A stretch of DNA of 44,640 nt from a virus, in IMG/VR virus record IMGVR_UViG_3300045988_093246, positions 1-44,640 of that record; one strand, written 5' to 3'. The notes beneath the pieces were generated by a model that did no database searches, was not told the DNA's origin, and saw only the letters and a program-made list of their open reading frames with translations. Below, in pieces: positions 37,307-44,640 of the stretch (position 1 is the stretch's first letter; every line of letters starts with the position of its first letter). The translations under genes and the position numbers were made by a program.

Positions 37307-37321
37307 AACTTAACACTCCTT

Positions 37322-38215
37322 TTATTTTTTAGTTCCCTTCAATAGCCATTCCCACGTATTTCTACCTACGATACCATCTTGAGATAATCCTCTGTTTCTC
37401 TGAAAAACCTTTACTGCGTTTTCTGTTCCACCGCCAAAAATACCGTCTACTGAAATATGAAAACCTACACTATTTAATCTTTCTTGAATAAGTCTAGTGA
37501 TGTTGCCTTTTGCGCCTTTTTTAACAGTTACACAAGCGTCTAAAGTTTTTGGACCTCTTAAGCCATCAACGTTTAAACCTTTATGAAACTGATTATTTAA
37601 CTCTGTCTGTAGTCTTGCTACCCAACCATCATAATTTAATTTAGCTGTATTGTTATTTGGTGTTGGTATAGGTTTTGGCGCTTCTGTATGAGTTGCATTA
37701 TTTACTGTAGCATTTAGAATACCTTCTACAATTGCCTTTGCGCATTTATCAACGTTCCATCTCACTTTATCTATTGCATTGTCAACAAAACAGCATTCAA
37801 TTAATAAACTTGGGCTTTTTGTCTTTCTCAGCACATATAACTTAGTAGTTGTCTTAACTCCTCTGTTTCTGATACCTAGAGAATTGGAAATGTTATTAAC
37901 GATTCTCTGCGCGTATCCTTTCGCTCTAGAACTATCACTATATACATATACCTCTGTACCTGTTCCACCGCCAGCATTTAAATGGATTGAGACATCTAAA
38001 TCTACTTTATTCGCATTACACTTATTAACGATATTTCTTAGGTTCGCATTCTGCGTTGCGCCTACATCATCCGTACAATCATAAGCTGTATGTCCATTTG
38101 CTCTTAATAACTCAATCACTCTATTTTTTACCGCTCTATCTTCGTTCACTTCGTCTAGCAATCCGCTTGCTCCTCTGCATTTAAGAGAATGTCCACCGTG
38201 TACATTTAATTTCAT
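37322..38215 (-). CDS. Endolysin: N-acetylmuramoyl-L-alanine amidase (Amidase_3) with C-terminal PG_binding_1 repeats
   Basis: 297 aa. MKLNVHGGHS..., ...VDLDVSIHLNAGGGTGTEVYVY (Amidase_3 zinc-ligand motifs), then two peptidoglycan-binding repeats (GLNVDGLRGPKT..., VDGIFGGGTENAVKVFQRNRGLSQDGIVGRNTW). Confidence 0.8.
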   Translation of the reverse strand: MKLNVHGGHSLKCRGASGLLDEVNEDRAVKNRVIELLRANGHTAYDCTDDVGATQNANLRNIVNKCNANKVDLDVSIHLNAGGGTGTEVYVYSDSSRAKGYAQRIVNNISNSLGIRNRGVKTTTKLYVLRKTKSPSLLIECCFVDNAIDKVRWNVDKCAKAIVEGILNATVNNATHTEAPKPIPTPNNNTAKLNYDGWVARLQTELNNQFHKGLNVDGLRGPKTLDACVTVKKGAKGNITRLIQERLNSVGFHISVDGIFGGGTENAVKVFQRNRGLSQDGIVGRNTWEWLLKGTKK

Positions 38216-38217
38216 AC

Positions 38218-38514
38218 TTAATCACCTTCTTCAAAAATAATCTTAATGTCATAATCTGATGCGCACATATATTCAATCTTACACCCGCGCGCTTTGTTCC
38301 ATCCTTTACACAAATAAATAATATCTGCTTCTGATAATAGTTCAATTGACTTACCTAACTTAAATAAGGGCTTTTCATTACCGCCAAAATAATTATCAAT
38401 AATCTCTACATCATTATCGTATAATCTTTTAATGTTTTCAGCAGCCTTCGCTCTATTTAATTTAATTTCACGTTCTGACAACCCTCTAATAGGTTGGGAA
38501 ATAAAGACTTTCAT
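38218..38514 (-). CDS. DUF4406-family protein (nucleoside 2-deoxyribosyltransferase-like fold)
   Basis: 98 aa. MKVFISQPIRGLSEREIKLNRAKAAE... and ...ADIIYLCKGWNKARGCKIEYMCA match the DUF4406 pattern. Confidence 0.55.
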   Translation of the reverse strand: MKVFISQPIRGLSEREIKLNRAKAAENIKRLYDNDVEIIDNYFGGNEKPLFKLGKSIELLSEADIIYLCKGWNKARGCKIEYMCASDYDIKIIFEEGD

Positions 38515-38527
38515 CGTATTACTCCTT

Positions 38528-38761
38528 TTATTCCTCTTCTACTTCTGGAATACCGCCAATGGATGTTAGAATAGAAACGATACCTGCAACAATAGCGCTT
38601 GAAATTACCATTTTCCAATCTACAGCATCGATGACTGTTGCTGTACCGATTACAGCTACTGCTGTTTGCGCTACTGTTTTAATCGCTCTAATAAGTGATG
38701 CTTTTAACCATTTAACAGTATCAACATTTGGTTTGAATACACAATTCTTAAACATAATCAT
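38528..38761 (-). CDS. Holin, phiLC3/LL-H family
   Basis: 77 aa. IRAIKTVAQTAVAVIGTATVIDAVDWKMVISSAIVAGIVSILTSIGGIPE matches the phiLC3-family holin pattern (RAIKTF.Q...G...VDW...S...SILTS..GIP). Two TM segments. Confidence 0.75.
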   Translation of the reverse strand: MIMFKNCVFKPNVDTVKWLKASLIRAIKTVAQTAVAVIGTATVIDAVDWKMVISSAIVAGIVSILTSIGGIPEVEEE

Positions 38762-38778
38762 TTACCTTCCTTTCTTAG

Positions 38779-38916
38779 TTATCCTTCTAACTGCATTAAT
38801 TCTTCACACTGTGATTGTGTAATCCTTTTGCCTAAAAGGTATACATCTAATAAATTCTCATTTTCTTCTGTCAAGCTTTCTCGTTTAATTTTATTTTTCA
38901 TTAGTCTGTAAATCAT
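38779..38916 (-). CDS. Small hypothetical protein (45 aa) MIYRLMKNKIKRESLTEENENLLDVYLLGKRITQSQCEELMQLEG
   Basis: Hand-translated. A GGGGGAAtaaacATG SD lies upstream. Directly upstream of the holin. Confidence 0.4.
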   Translation of the reverse strand: MIYRLMKNKIKRESLTEENENLLDVYLLGKRITQSQCEELMQLEG

Positions 38917-38918
38917 GT

Positions 38919-39064
38919 TTATTCCCCCATTAATTGTTCAAATAAAATTGAATCATATTCACATTTTAGATATGCTTCTTCAAGTGATTCTTCTTTGTTT
39001 ATAGGTTCAAAGTCCTCTTTTGATAGCCCTAATTTTCCATCATTTTTCTTCGTAAGTCTGTCAT
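38919..39064 (-). pseudogene. Frameshift-interrupted small gene (MTDLRRK / NDGKLGLSKEDFEPINKEESLEEAYLKCEYDSILFEQLMGE)
   Basis: A strong SD (GAGGTtacaccATG) and ATG at 39064 open an 11-codon ORF ending in TAG. Shifting frame at the A5 run gives a further 41 codons ending at the next gene's RBS. Confidence 0.4.
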
Positions 39065-39906
39065 GGTGTAACCTCACTCAGTTTAACAGTATATTCCACA
39101 TCGCTATGCACTGCCACATGGCAGCTATCGCCGTTTGAGTTTCTGAAAGTAAGAGAGCCTCCAGCTTCTACATTAAAAGGTTCTTGAAATGTATCTTCGA
39201 TAATGTCTGAGATGTCTGTAACGATTGGTTCTGCAAGTTCATAACAAATAATTATAGAGCCGCCACTATCGTATAGGTTTTCACAAAATTCTTCAATTGC
39301 GTTCGCAGCTTCGCTTGGGCTTTTTCGTTGTCGTTTTCAAATCGGTATGAAATGCCTTTATTTAAATCCCATAAAGCAGCTAAACTTCTGTTTGCTCTTG
39401 CGTCTGCTTTTGTGTTGCTGTCAAGGTCTTCTCTTAACTTGCTTATAGTGCCTTCCCTTTTTGCTTCTGCTTGAGTTCTAGCGGTTTCTGCGCTAACTCT
39501 TTCGCTTTCTGCTGTATCTCTATTTGCTTCTGCTTCAATTCTTGCGCTTTCGTTAGCTTTCTAATTCATCTGCTTTTCTTATCTCTTCATTCTGTTCATG
39601 CGCTTTGTCATTCAAATCAGCGGGTGATGTCTTGCAAATTAAATTTAATTCCCAAATACCGCTAATCTTAGTTATCTTACTTGATACAATAAATTCATCA
39701 TCTGCTAAGGTGATATACCTGTTACCCTTTGATTGTTATTGCTATATGAGTATGTAATATACTTATAATAGTCTTTGTATTCTTGCGGAAAAAGAAAATG
39801 TAACGTTTCATCTAGATTCTCATGCTGATTACCTAAAAAAAATATCTTCTTTCGATGTCTTACCGCTTTTGTCGATTAGAATATTAATCATTATATTATT
39901 CCCCAT
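39065..39906 (-). pseudogene. Decayed ~280-codon gene broken by at least 3-4 frameshifts (N-terminal MINILIDKSGKTSKEDIFF..., central coiled coil ...KANESARIEAEANRDTAESERVSAETARTQAEAKRE..., C-terminal ...GGSIIICYELAEPIVTDISDIIEDTFQEPFNVEAGGSLTFRNSNGDSCHVAVHSDVEYTVKLSEVTP)
   Basis: No intact ORF of 60 aa or more exists here on the minus strand. Hand translation shows continuous protein-like sequence jumping between frames at 39845 (A8 run), ~39725, ~39565 and ~39330 (A5 run). The segment is flanked by intact TerL and the lysis genes. Confidence 0.5.
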
Positions 39907-39929
39907 TTCTTGAAATAATTTTATTTAAT

Positions 39930-41297
39930 TTACCACTTATTACCGCTTCTAGAATTAAAATCTTTTTGTTTTAAGTCTGCAACCGTAACGGTATCCAGCG
40001 CATACCATATAGCACTAAATGAATGCGGGTCTATATTGAACTTATCATATACCGTATCGCCGTTCGGTTTTCTTAAATAAGTAAGGTCTCTTAGCTCTCT
40101 TATTGTATTCTTACACTTTGGACTACATATTATCTTTCTAAATCTCTTTATCTTACGCGTATTGCTTAGCCTACTTCCTGCAAACTTATTACGGCACGCG
40201 CGCATCTGATAACCTTTTTGTCTGTAATAGCTGATAGCCTTCGGGTCTTCATTATCTGCTACAATCTGCTTATATACGCCTTGAGTAGCGTAACCTTCTA
40301 AGCGGTGTTTTAACTCTACCATAGGCTCATAGCTTGCGAACTTATCATCTGTAACATGGTTCATGTATATTTCATCCCATATGTATAAATAACCGCGCTT
40401 TATATCTACGCTCATACTGATTACCGCATTAAATGATTCCTCAAAACCAAAGTCAAAACCAAAATACATATTTTTAGCACCTAGCGCATTTACTGCATCC
40501 TTAAATGTCTTCGCATTGCTTGCTACTCTAAATTGCGGTAAAACTCTAACACCATTTGCGCCAAACCTTCCCCAACGCGCTACACGATATAAAGGTTTAT
40601 CATAGTTTTTAATATCCTCTAATCGCTTTTTGTAGCTCTCTGGTAAATAAGGGTTATCATCCATTAAACTATGATGATAATATACGCCGTTATGTATTAG
40701 TGTTCTTTTCTTATATAGTTCTTCATCATCAAGTATAGTATGTTCATTTCCCTTTTCGTCAACAGATTTAAAGAAATGTCTATACACCCAATTCTCTTTT
40801 CCAACAGGGTTACATGACAATATAAAATGCATACTTATGTTAGGTGTTCTAATACGTCCTAACAACTCTTTATAACCCTCGTATTTAATTTCGCTACACT
40901 CTTCTAACCATACAATAGATACGCCGTTTAATGATTTCACTTTTTCGGGTTTATCCATTCCCTTGAAAATAATGCGCGAACCATTAGGGAATCTAAATTC
41001 CATCGGCGCCTTTAACGCTCTTACTCTTGTCTTAGTGTCGCGCTTTTCTTCCTCTACTAAAAGGTTCATACTGCTTAATATTTCTTTAAACAAGTCATAA
41101 CATGATTCGCTTAATGTATCATATACTTCACGTACTACCAATACTTTTCGCTTTTCCTGTAGGCATTTTAATATAATCTTAAGCGCTATATGATAACTTT
41201 TTCCGCTACCATAACCGCCTACTAATAAATAAGTTTCATAATACCAATCAAAAACAAAATCACTAAATCTTTCTGTTACTTCCTTAACTATATTCAT
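39930..41297 (-). CDS. Terminase large subunit (PBSX/Terminase_3 type)
   Basis: 455 aa. Walker A LVGGYGSGKSY, then a nuclease domain; follows TerS. Confidence 0.8.
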   Translation of the reverse strand: MNIVKEVTERFSDFVFDWYYETYLLVGGYGSGKSYHIALKIILKCLQEKRKVLVVREVYDTLSESCYDLFKEILSSMNLLVEEEKRDTKTRVRALKAPMEFRFPNGSRIIFKGMDKPEKVKSLNGVSIVWLEECSEIKYEGYKELLGRIRTPNISMHFILSCNPVGKENWVYRHFFKSVDEKGNEHTILDDEELYKKRTLIHNGVYYHHSLMDDNPYLPESYKKRLEDIKNYDKPLYRVARWGRFGANGVRVLPQFRVASNAKTFKDAVNALGAKNMYFGFDFGFEESFNAVISMSVDIKRGYLYIWDEIYMNHVTDDKFASYEPMVELKHRLEGYATQGVYKQIVADNEDPKAISYYRQKGYQMRACRNKFAGSRLSNTRKIKRFRKIICSPKCKNTIRELRDLTYLRKPNGDTVYDKFNIDPHSFSAIWYALDTVTVADLKQKDFNSRSGNKW

Positions 41298-41300
41298 AGA

Positions 41301-41909
41301 TTATTCATCGTCCCACTCTAACGCATCCCATTCTTCTTCCGTGCTGTCTTGCGCGCTTGCGCTTTGTTTGGCATTACTTTTGTCTGCGCTATTTGTTTTA
41401 TTTTCTTGCGCGTTTACTTCCCATTCTTCGCTATCATCATTTTGCGCATCCTTACGAATAATATTAACTGTAATATTACTGTTTTCTTTACTCTCTGTCT
41501 TGAATTGGTCTCTGTTGCGCTTCCAATTATCTGGTTTTCGATTATTTAACCAACACATGATAGCGGTCGGGTTTGGGGGCATTTCTTTAACTAATTCTTC
41601 AACCCTTACTTTTCTATTTCCGTTTTTATCTGGCGGGCTTATAATTGTTTTAACTTCTTTTACTTTGTAACCGCCTAGCGCTGTTTTTAATAGCGCATTT
41701 TCTACTTGATAATCAACGGTTTCTTTTCCTTCTTCTATTGCTTCATTTATTGCGGGGTATTTCTTGCGCCACTCACAAAAAACTTTATACGATATACCTA
41801 TTTTACGCGCAATATCTGCAAGAGTAAAATCACGCGCATAGCATTTTAATAATTCTATTTTATCGGGTCTTAACCAATAATCAACCTTGCTTTCTCTCTG
41901 TCTACCCAT
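41301..41909 (-). CDS. Terminase small subunit (HTH)
   Basis: 202 aa. N-terminal HTH FTLADIARKIGISYKVFCEWRKKYP and an acidic C-terminus; immediately upstream of TerL. Confidence 0.65.
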   Translation of the reverse strand: MGRQRESKVDYWLRPDKIELLKCYARDFTLADIARKIGISYKVFCEWRKKYPAINEAIEEGKETVDYQVENALLKTALGGYKVKEVKTIISPPDKNGNRKVRVEELVKEMPPNPTAIMCWLNNRKPDNWKRNRDQFKTESKENSNITVNIIRKDAQNDDSEEWEVNAQENKTNSADKSNAKQSASAQDSTEEEWDALEWDDE

Positions 41910-42737
41910 TATTATTTATTCACTTCCCTTTTATTTAATTTTCTTTATTATGCGCTACTTGCGCACTGCTGTTTTTAAAATACCTTTAAATAACACAAAT
42001 AGACAGTCTTCTGACTGCCTTTATTAAACTTAATATTTAAATTGTTTTATTTATTTTTTACTTTATTTTTATATATTCACCACAAATAATTATTTATATA
42101 TTCATTTTGTTGTTTTAATTTGTAAAAGCTATTCCCTGTTCTTATTCACCTTTGCGCACGTTGTCTCACTCGACATTGTGTATATTTCACTTATAATAAA
42201 TCAACAAAATTAGTTTAAAAAGTATATTGGGAAATTTAAGATAAACATTAACGAAATTATTACTATAAGTTGCTTGCTTGTATTCTATGGATTAAAAAGT
42301 AACTGAATGTGAATAAATTGTACTAAGTTATAAGGGGACTTAATTCTTATAACTATTTTATAAAAATGATTAAATTAGTTGGATAATCAACCATTAAAAC
42401 AAAGGTATGATAAATCAAAAAGTATTGTTTTATGAAATTAGAAACACACTTTGTATTGTTTTAAAAAATATTTCAAGGATTATTCTACATCTACATTCTA
42501 CAATGTGAAATATAAACACTTTCAGAAATGCATATTTACAACTTTAAATGAATATTTAATTTTAATTAACTAAGATATGTATAGCGCTTTTACATAACTC
42601 AATTATTTACTTACTAACTTAATTTTCTTATTACTCTTTGTCTTAAACACTTCTTAACTTAGTACTTTGTTACCCGCCCTTTTCTTTTGCTGTATTCTGT
42701 CTTTTTCATTGACATCGGTAACTAACTTTCTAAATAT

Positions 42738-42766
42738 ATTGTACTACAATCTTATAGACTTGTAAA
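42738..42766 (-). promoter_or_regulatory. Promoter TTTACA-17-TACAAT with A-tract UP element
   Basis: Minus-strand -35 = plus tgtaaa 42761-42766; -10 = plus attgta 42738-42743. An upstream (minus) A-rich tract and a GTGAAGCGATAACAC box (plus 42805-42822) follow. It is ~830 nt upstream of TerS. Confidence 0.5.
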
Positions 42767-42887
42767 GTACTTTTTAATATTTTTTTTAATTTAATAGTGT
42801 TTTACTACGGTGTTATCGCTTCACTCTATTTTTTTAACCTGCCCATGTATGCGCTCTTTTTAAACGATAATTGTGCTATACAAACTT

Positions 42888-43069
42888 TCATTTCAATTTA
42901 TCATTTTTAATGATTGCACACTCTCTTTCTCCACTAAATCTACTTTTGTTGTTTGATACCCATGTATAACCATTAGGCGCTGTAAGTGCTCCTTTTATTT
43001 TAACCCAACCTTTAGGAAGTTCACCTTTTATCACATGATAATTTTTACAATTATTTTTTTTCGTTTTGA
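42888..43069 (-). pseudogene. Open frame without start codon (…KGELPKGWVKIKGALTAPNGYTWVSNNKSRFSGERECAIIKNDKLK), possibly frameshifted
   Basis: ~60-codon stop-to-stop frame, protein-like, with no ATG. An A9 homopolymer lies at its 5' end. Confidence 0.3.
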
Positions 43070-43208
43070 TTACCTCTTTTCTAAGAAATTTGTTTATCTC
43101 TTTTCTTTATGTCTATAAACTACCATGACCATGTTTTTAATGTTTTGTAAACACTTTTTTTAATTTTTTTTAAGATTGGTGTTGTTGTGTTATCGCCTCA
43201 CATGAGTT

Positions 43209-43487
43209 TTATAATTTGATGTAATAAATACTACCATCGTGTGTTTTAACGATTGTCATATATAAATCATAATCTTTTTTATAAACTACCTTGATTTCTA
43301 CACAAGCACTATAATTGATTCTTAGTGGTTCTCCTTTATAGCTGTCGCTGTCTGATGTTACATCATAACTATCATTTACATAAAAGATATCGCTATTGTT
43401 ATCTAGCATATTCTTAGCGTTAAATTCTGTGTACATAGTCATATCTAATTCAAAACTTTCAATGTCTGTTATCTTTACTGTTTTCAT
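43209..43487 (-). CDS. Hypothetical protein
   Basis: 92 aa. AGAGAGGTAAA SD; downstream of promoter 43551-43579. Confidence 0.5.
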   Translation of the reverse strand: MKTVKITDIESFELDMTMYTEFNAKNMLDNNSDIFYVNDSYDVTSDSDSYKGEPLRINYSACVEIKVVYKKDYDLYMTIVKTHDGSIYYIKL

Positions 43488-43550
43488 ATTCGTTTACCTC
43501 TCTAATCTTAGAATTTTTATTTTTTTATTTCCTCTTTAACTTACAAACTA

Positions 43551-43579
43551 ATATTAACATATAATTTAATATTTGTAAA
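43551..43579 (-). promoter_or_regulatory. Promoter TTTACA-17-TAATAT with UP element and upstream GTGAAGCGACAACAC box
   Basis: Minus-strand -35 = plus tgtaaa 43574-43579; -10 = plus atatta 43551-43556. Box at plus 43623-43640. Confidence 0.5.
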
Positions 43580-43708
43580 GAGTTTTTTTTAATTTTATTT
43601 AAAATAAAGATTTGTGTTTATAGTGTTGTCGCTTCACTTTCTAACTATTTGTTATAAGCATCAAACAGTTTTCTATTTTTGTTGTCTACATAGTAAACAG
43701 CACCTTCG

Positions 43709-43942
43709 CTACCACCCAACCAACCAACATAAATCGTCTTGGTTTTTTAAAACATCTTCTAAAGGTTTTAGGTATGTTCTCGTACCGTTAGATGTATAAT
43801 CTGCACCTACCATAACTAAATCCATACCGTTGACAGTAAATACACCACCATTAAAACCTAACTGTTTTAATTCCCAATTAAATGCAATTTTTTCAACTTT
43901 CTTAAATGTAACTTTTCTCGTTTTTCTGTTCTCCTTTAACAC
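43709..43942 (-). CDS. Hypothetical protein (GTG start)
   Basis: 77 aa. Apparent GTG start; 31 nt downstream of the -10 of promoter 43973-44000. Confidence 0.4.
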   Translation of the reverse strand: MLKENRKTRKVTFKKVEKIAFNWELKQLGFNGGVFTVNGMDLVMVGADYTSNGTRTYLKPLEDVLKNQDDLCWLVGW

Positions 43943-43972
43943 TTTTATTTGTTTATCTCTTTTACAACTACT

Positions 43973-44000
43973 ATTATACTGATTTTTAACCGTTTGTAAA
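43973..44000 (-). promoter_or_regulatory. Promoter TTTACA-16-TATAAT
   Basis: Minus-strand -35 = plus tgtaaa 43995-44000; -10 = plus attata 43973-43978. Confidence 0.55.
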
Positions 44001-44039
44001 TAGTTATTTTAAATATTTTTAAATTAATTTAATAACTGT

Positions 44040-44440
44040 GCATATTGTTTATATACTGCAATAATTATTATATTTGTTAAATACCGTAAATAATATAACT
44101 TATATTGCTGTTAAATACTACTAATGTATATAGCTTTATGTTAAACACTATTAATGTATATAGCTTTATAGGTTAAACATAAGATGTTATCTTAGTAAGA
44201 TGTTATCTTAACAAGATTTTATCTTAGTAAGATGTTATCTTATTTACGTTAAATACTATTAACGTATATAGCTTTACGTTAAATACTATTAATGTATATA
44301 ACTTTATAGGTTAAATACTATTAACGTATATAACTATTAATGTATATAACTTTATGTTAAATACTTTATAGGTTAAATACTTTATAGGTTAAACATAAGA
44401 TTTTATCTTAGTAAGATGTTATCTTAGTAAGATGTTATCT
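44040..44440. repeat. Iteron/palindrome array: ~9 copies of the gttaaatactattaaYgtatataRctttat unit interleaved with two clusters (4+3) of palindrome TAAGATnnnATCTTA
   Basis: Read directly. The palindrome ataagatgttatcttag occurs at 44179-44245 (4 copies, some as ataagattttatctta) and 44395-44445 (3 copies). Direct ~29-bp repeats lie at 44110-44175 and 44268-44390. Confidence 0.85.
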
Positions 44441-44441
44441 T

Positions 44442-44458
44442 ATTTATGTGAAGCGAAC
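44442..44458. other. GC-rich hairpin GAAGCG-aac-CGCTTC adjacent to the iteron array
   Basis: A perfect 6-bp stem in tgaagcgaaccgcttcg, followed by a relatively GC-rich 60-bp block. Confidence 0.6.
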
Positions 44459-44498
44459 CGCTTCGTTGCCCCACCTCGCTTACACTCCTTACTCCCCA

Positions 44499-44528
44499 AT
44501 AGTACCACTGCGCATTCCATTTTGTCAA
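44499..44528 (-). promoter_or_regulatory. Right-end promoter TTGACA-18-TACTAT with long upstream A-tract (UP element) and TGCGCA in spacer
   Basis: Minus-strand -35 = plus tgtcaa 44523-44528; -10 = plus atagta 44499-44504; spacer contains TGCGCA (44509-44514). Plus-strand T8 and T10 runs at 44533-44552 act as an A-tract upstream of the -35 on the minus strand. Fires leftward from next to the terminal repeat. Confidence 0.5.
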
Positions 44529-44541
44529 CTACTTTTTTTTG

Positions 44542-44640
44542 ATTTTTTTTTTGGGCTTTCATTTTTTTAATTTACCAATTTAAATTATGCTGATTATAAG
44601 GGCATTTTTTTAATTGCATGATTAAATTTTCTAATTGTGA
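44542..44640. repeat. Terminal direct repeat / circular overlap copy 2 (identical to 1-99)
   Basis: Exact identity to window positions 1-99. Confidence 0.9.

Noticed and set aside
44040-44440. Possible CRISPR array
   Set aside because: Repeat units are short, AT-rich, degenerate and partly palindromic, with no unique spacers of regular length between them. The organisation (palindromes plus direct iterons) fits origin or centromere arrays, not CRISPR.
1-44640. Integrase / repressor / excisionase (lysogeny module) and tRNA genes
   Set aside because: No ORF shows tyrosine- or serine-recombinase motifs or a CI-like HTH-peptidase architecture. By eye, no cloverleaf-like GTTCGAATC T-arm motifs were found in the non-coding arms. 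I cannot exclude highly diverged small regulators among the unassigned ORFs.

Overview
The window is essentially one complete ~44.5 kb dsDNA tailed-phage genome. The first 99 nt (1-99) recur exactly at 44542-44640, so the unit length is ~44,541 bp with a terminal direct repeat or a circular assembly overlap. The genome is AT-rich, and every credible gene lies on the minus strand, so transcription runs from the right end towards the left end. The recognisable protein families indicate a siphovirus of a low-GC Gram-positive (Firmicutes) host: PBSX-type large terminase, SPP1-like portal and MuF protein, GP20-type scaffold, Dit/Tal/tape-measure tail set, phiLC3/LL-H-type holin, Amidase_3 endolysin, XhlA. 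No integrase, repressor, tRNA or CRISPR was found, so the phage is probably virulent.

Gene order, reading right to left:
- Right arm (44.5-42 kb): a non-coding region rich in promoters and iterons.
- TerS (41909) and TerL.
- A roughly 1.1 kb stretch of frameshift-broken coding sequence.
- An unusually placed holin / DUF4406 / amidase lysis cassette.
- Portal, then a MuF protein fused to an ADP-ribosyltransferase toxin domain, and three small zinc-ribbon genes.
- Scaffold, major capsid, head-tail connectors, major tail, chaperones, a 1041-aa tape measure, Dit, Tal and fibre.
- XhlA, followed by a terminator and a new promoter.
- The replication/recombination module: DnaG-type primase, gp32-like SSB, MazG, DUF3310, a compact DnaE-type Pol III alpha, Dam-like methyltransferase, RecA/Sak4-like recombinase, Cas4-like nuclease and RuvC-like resolvase.
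- A MoxR-like AAA ATPase.
- A string of small unknown genes ending at an intrinsic terminator at ~790.

The most interesting non-genic signals:
- The palindromic hexamer TGCGCA is strongly enriched in intergenic and promoter regions.
- At least five copies of a leftward promoter with an A-tract UP element (TTGTAAAgagTTTTTTTTAATTTTATTT on the plus strand).
- Three copies of a conserved promoter-plus-hairpin leader.
- Two iteron/palindrome arrays: 7-8 copies of TAAGATnnnATCTTA at 44.18-44.45 kb, and an iteron plus (TA)n region at 8.08-8.33 kb.
- A cluster of three or four sub-60-aa hydrophobic peptide genes missed by the ORF track.
- Three proteins that share a Rho_N/HeH-like module.
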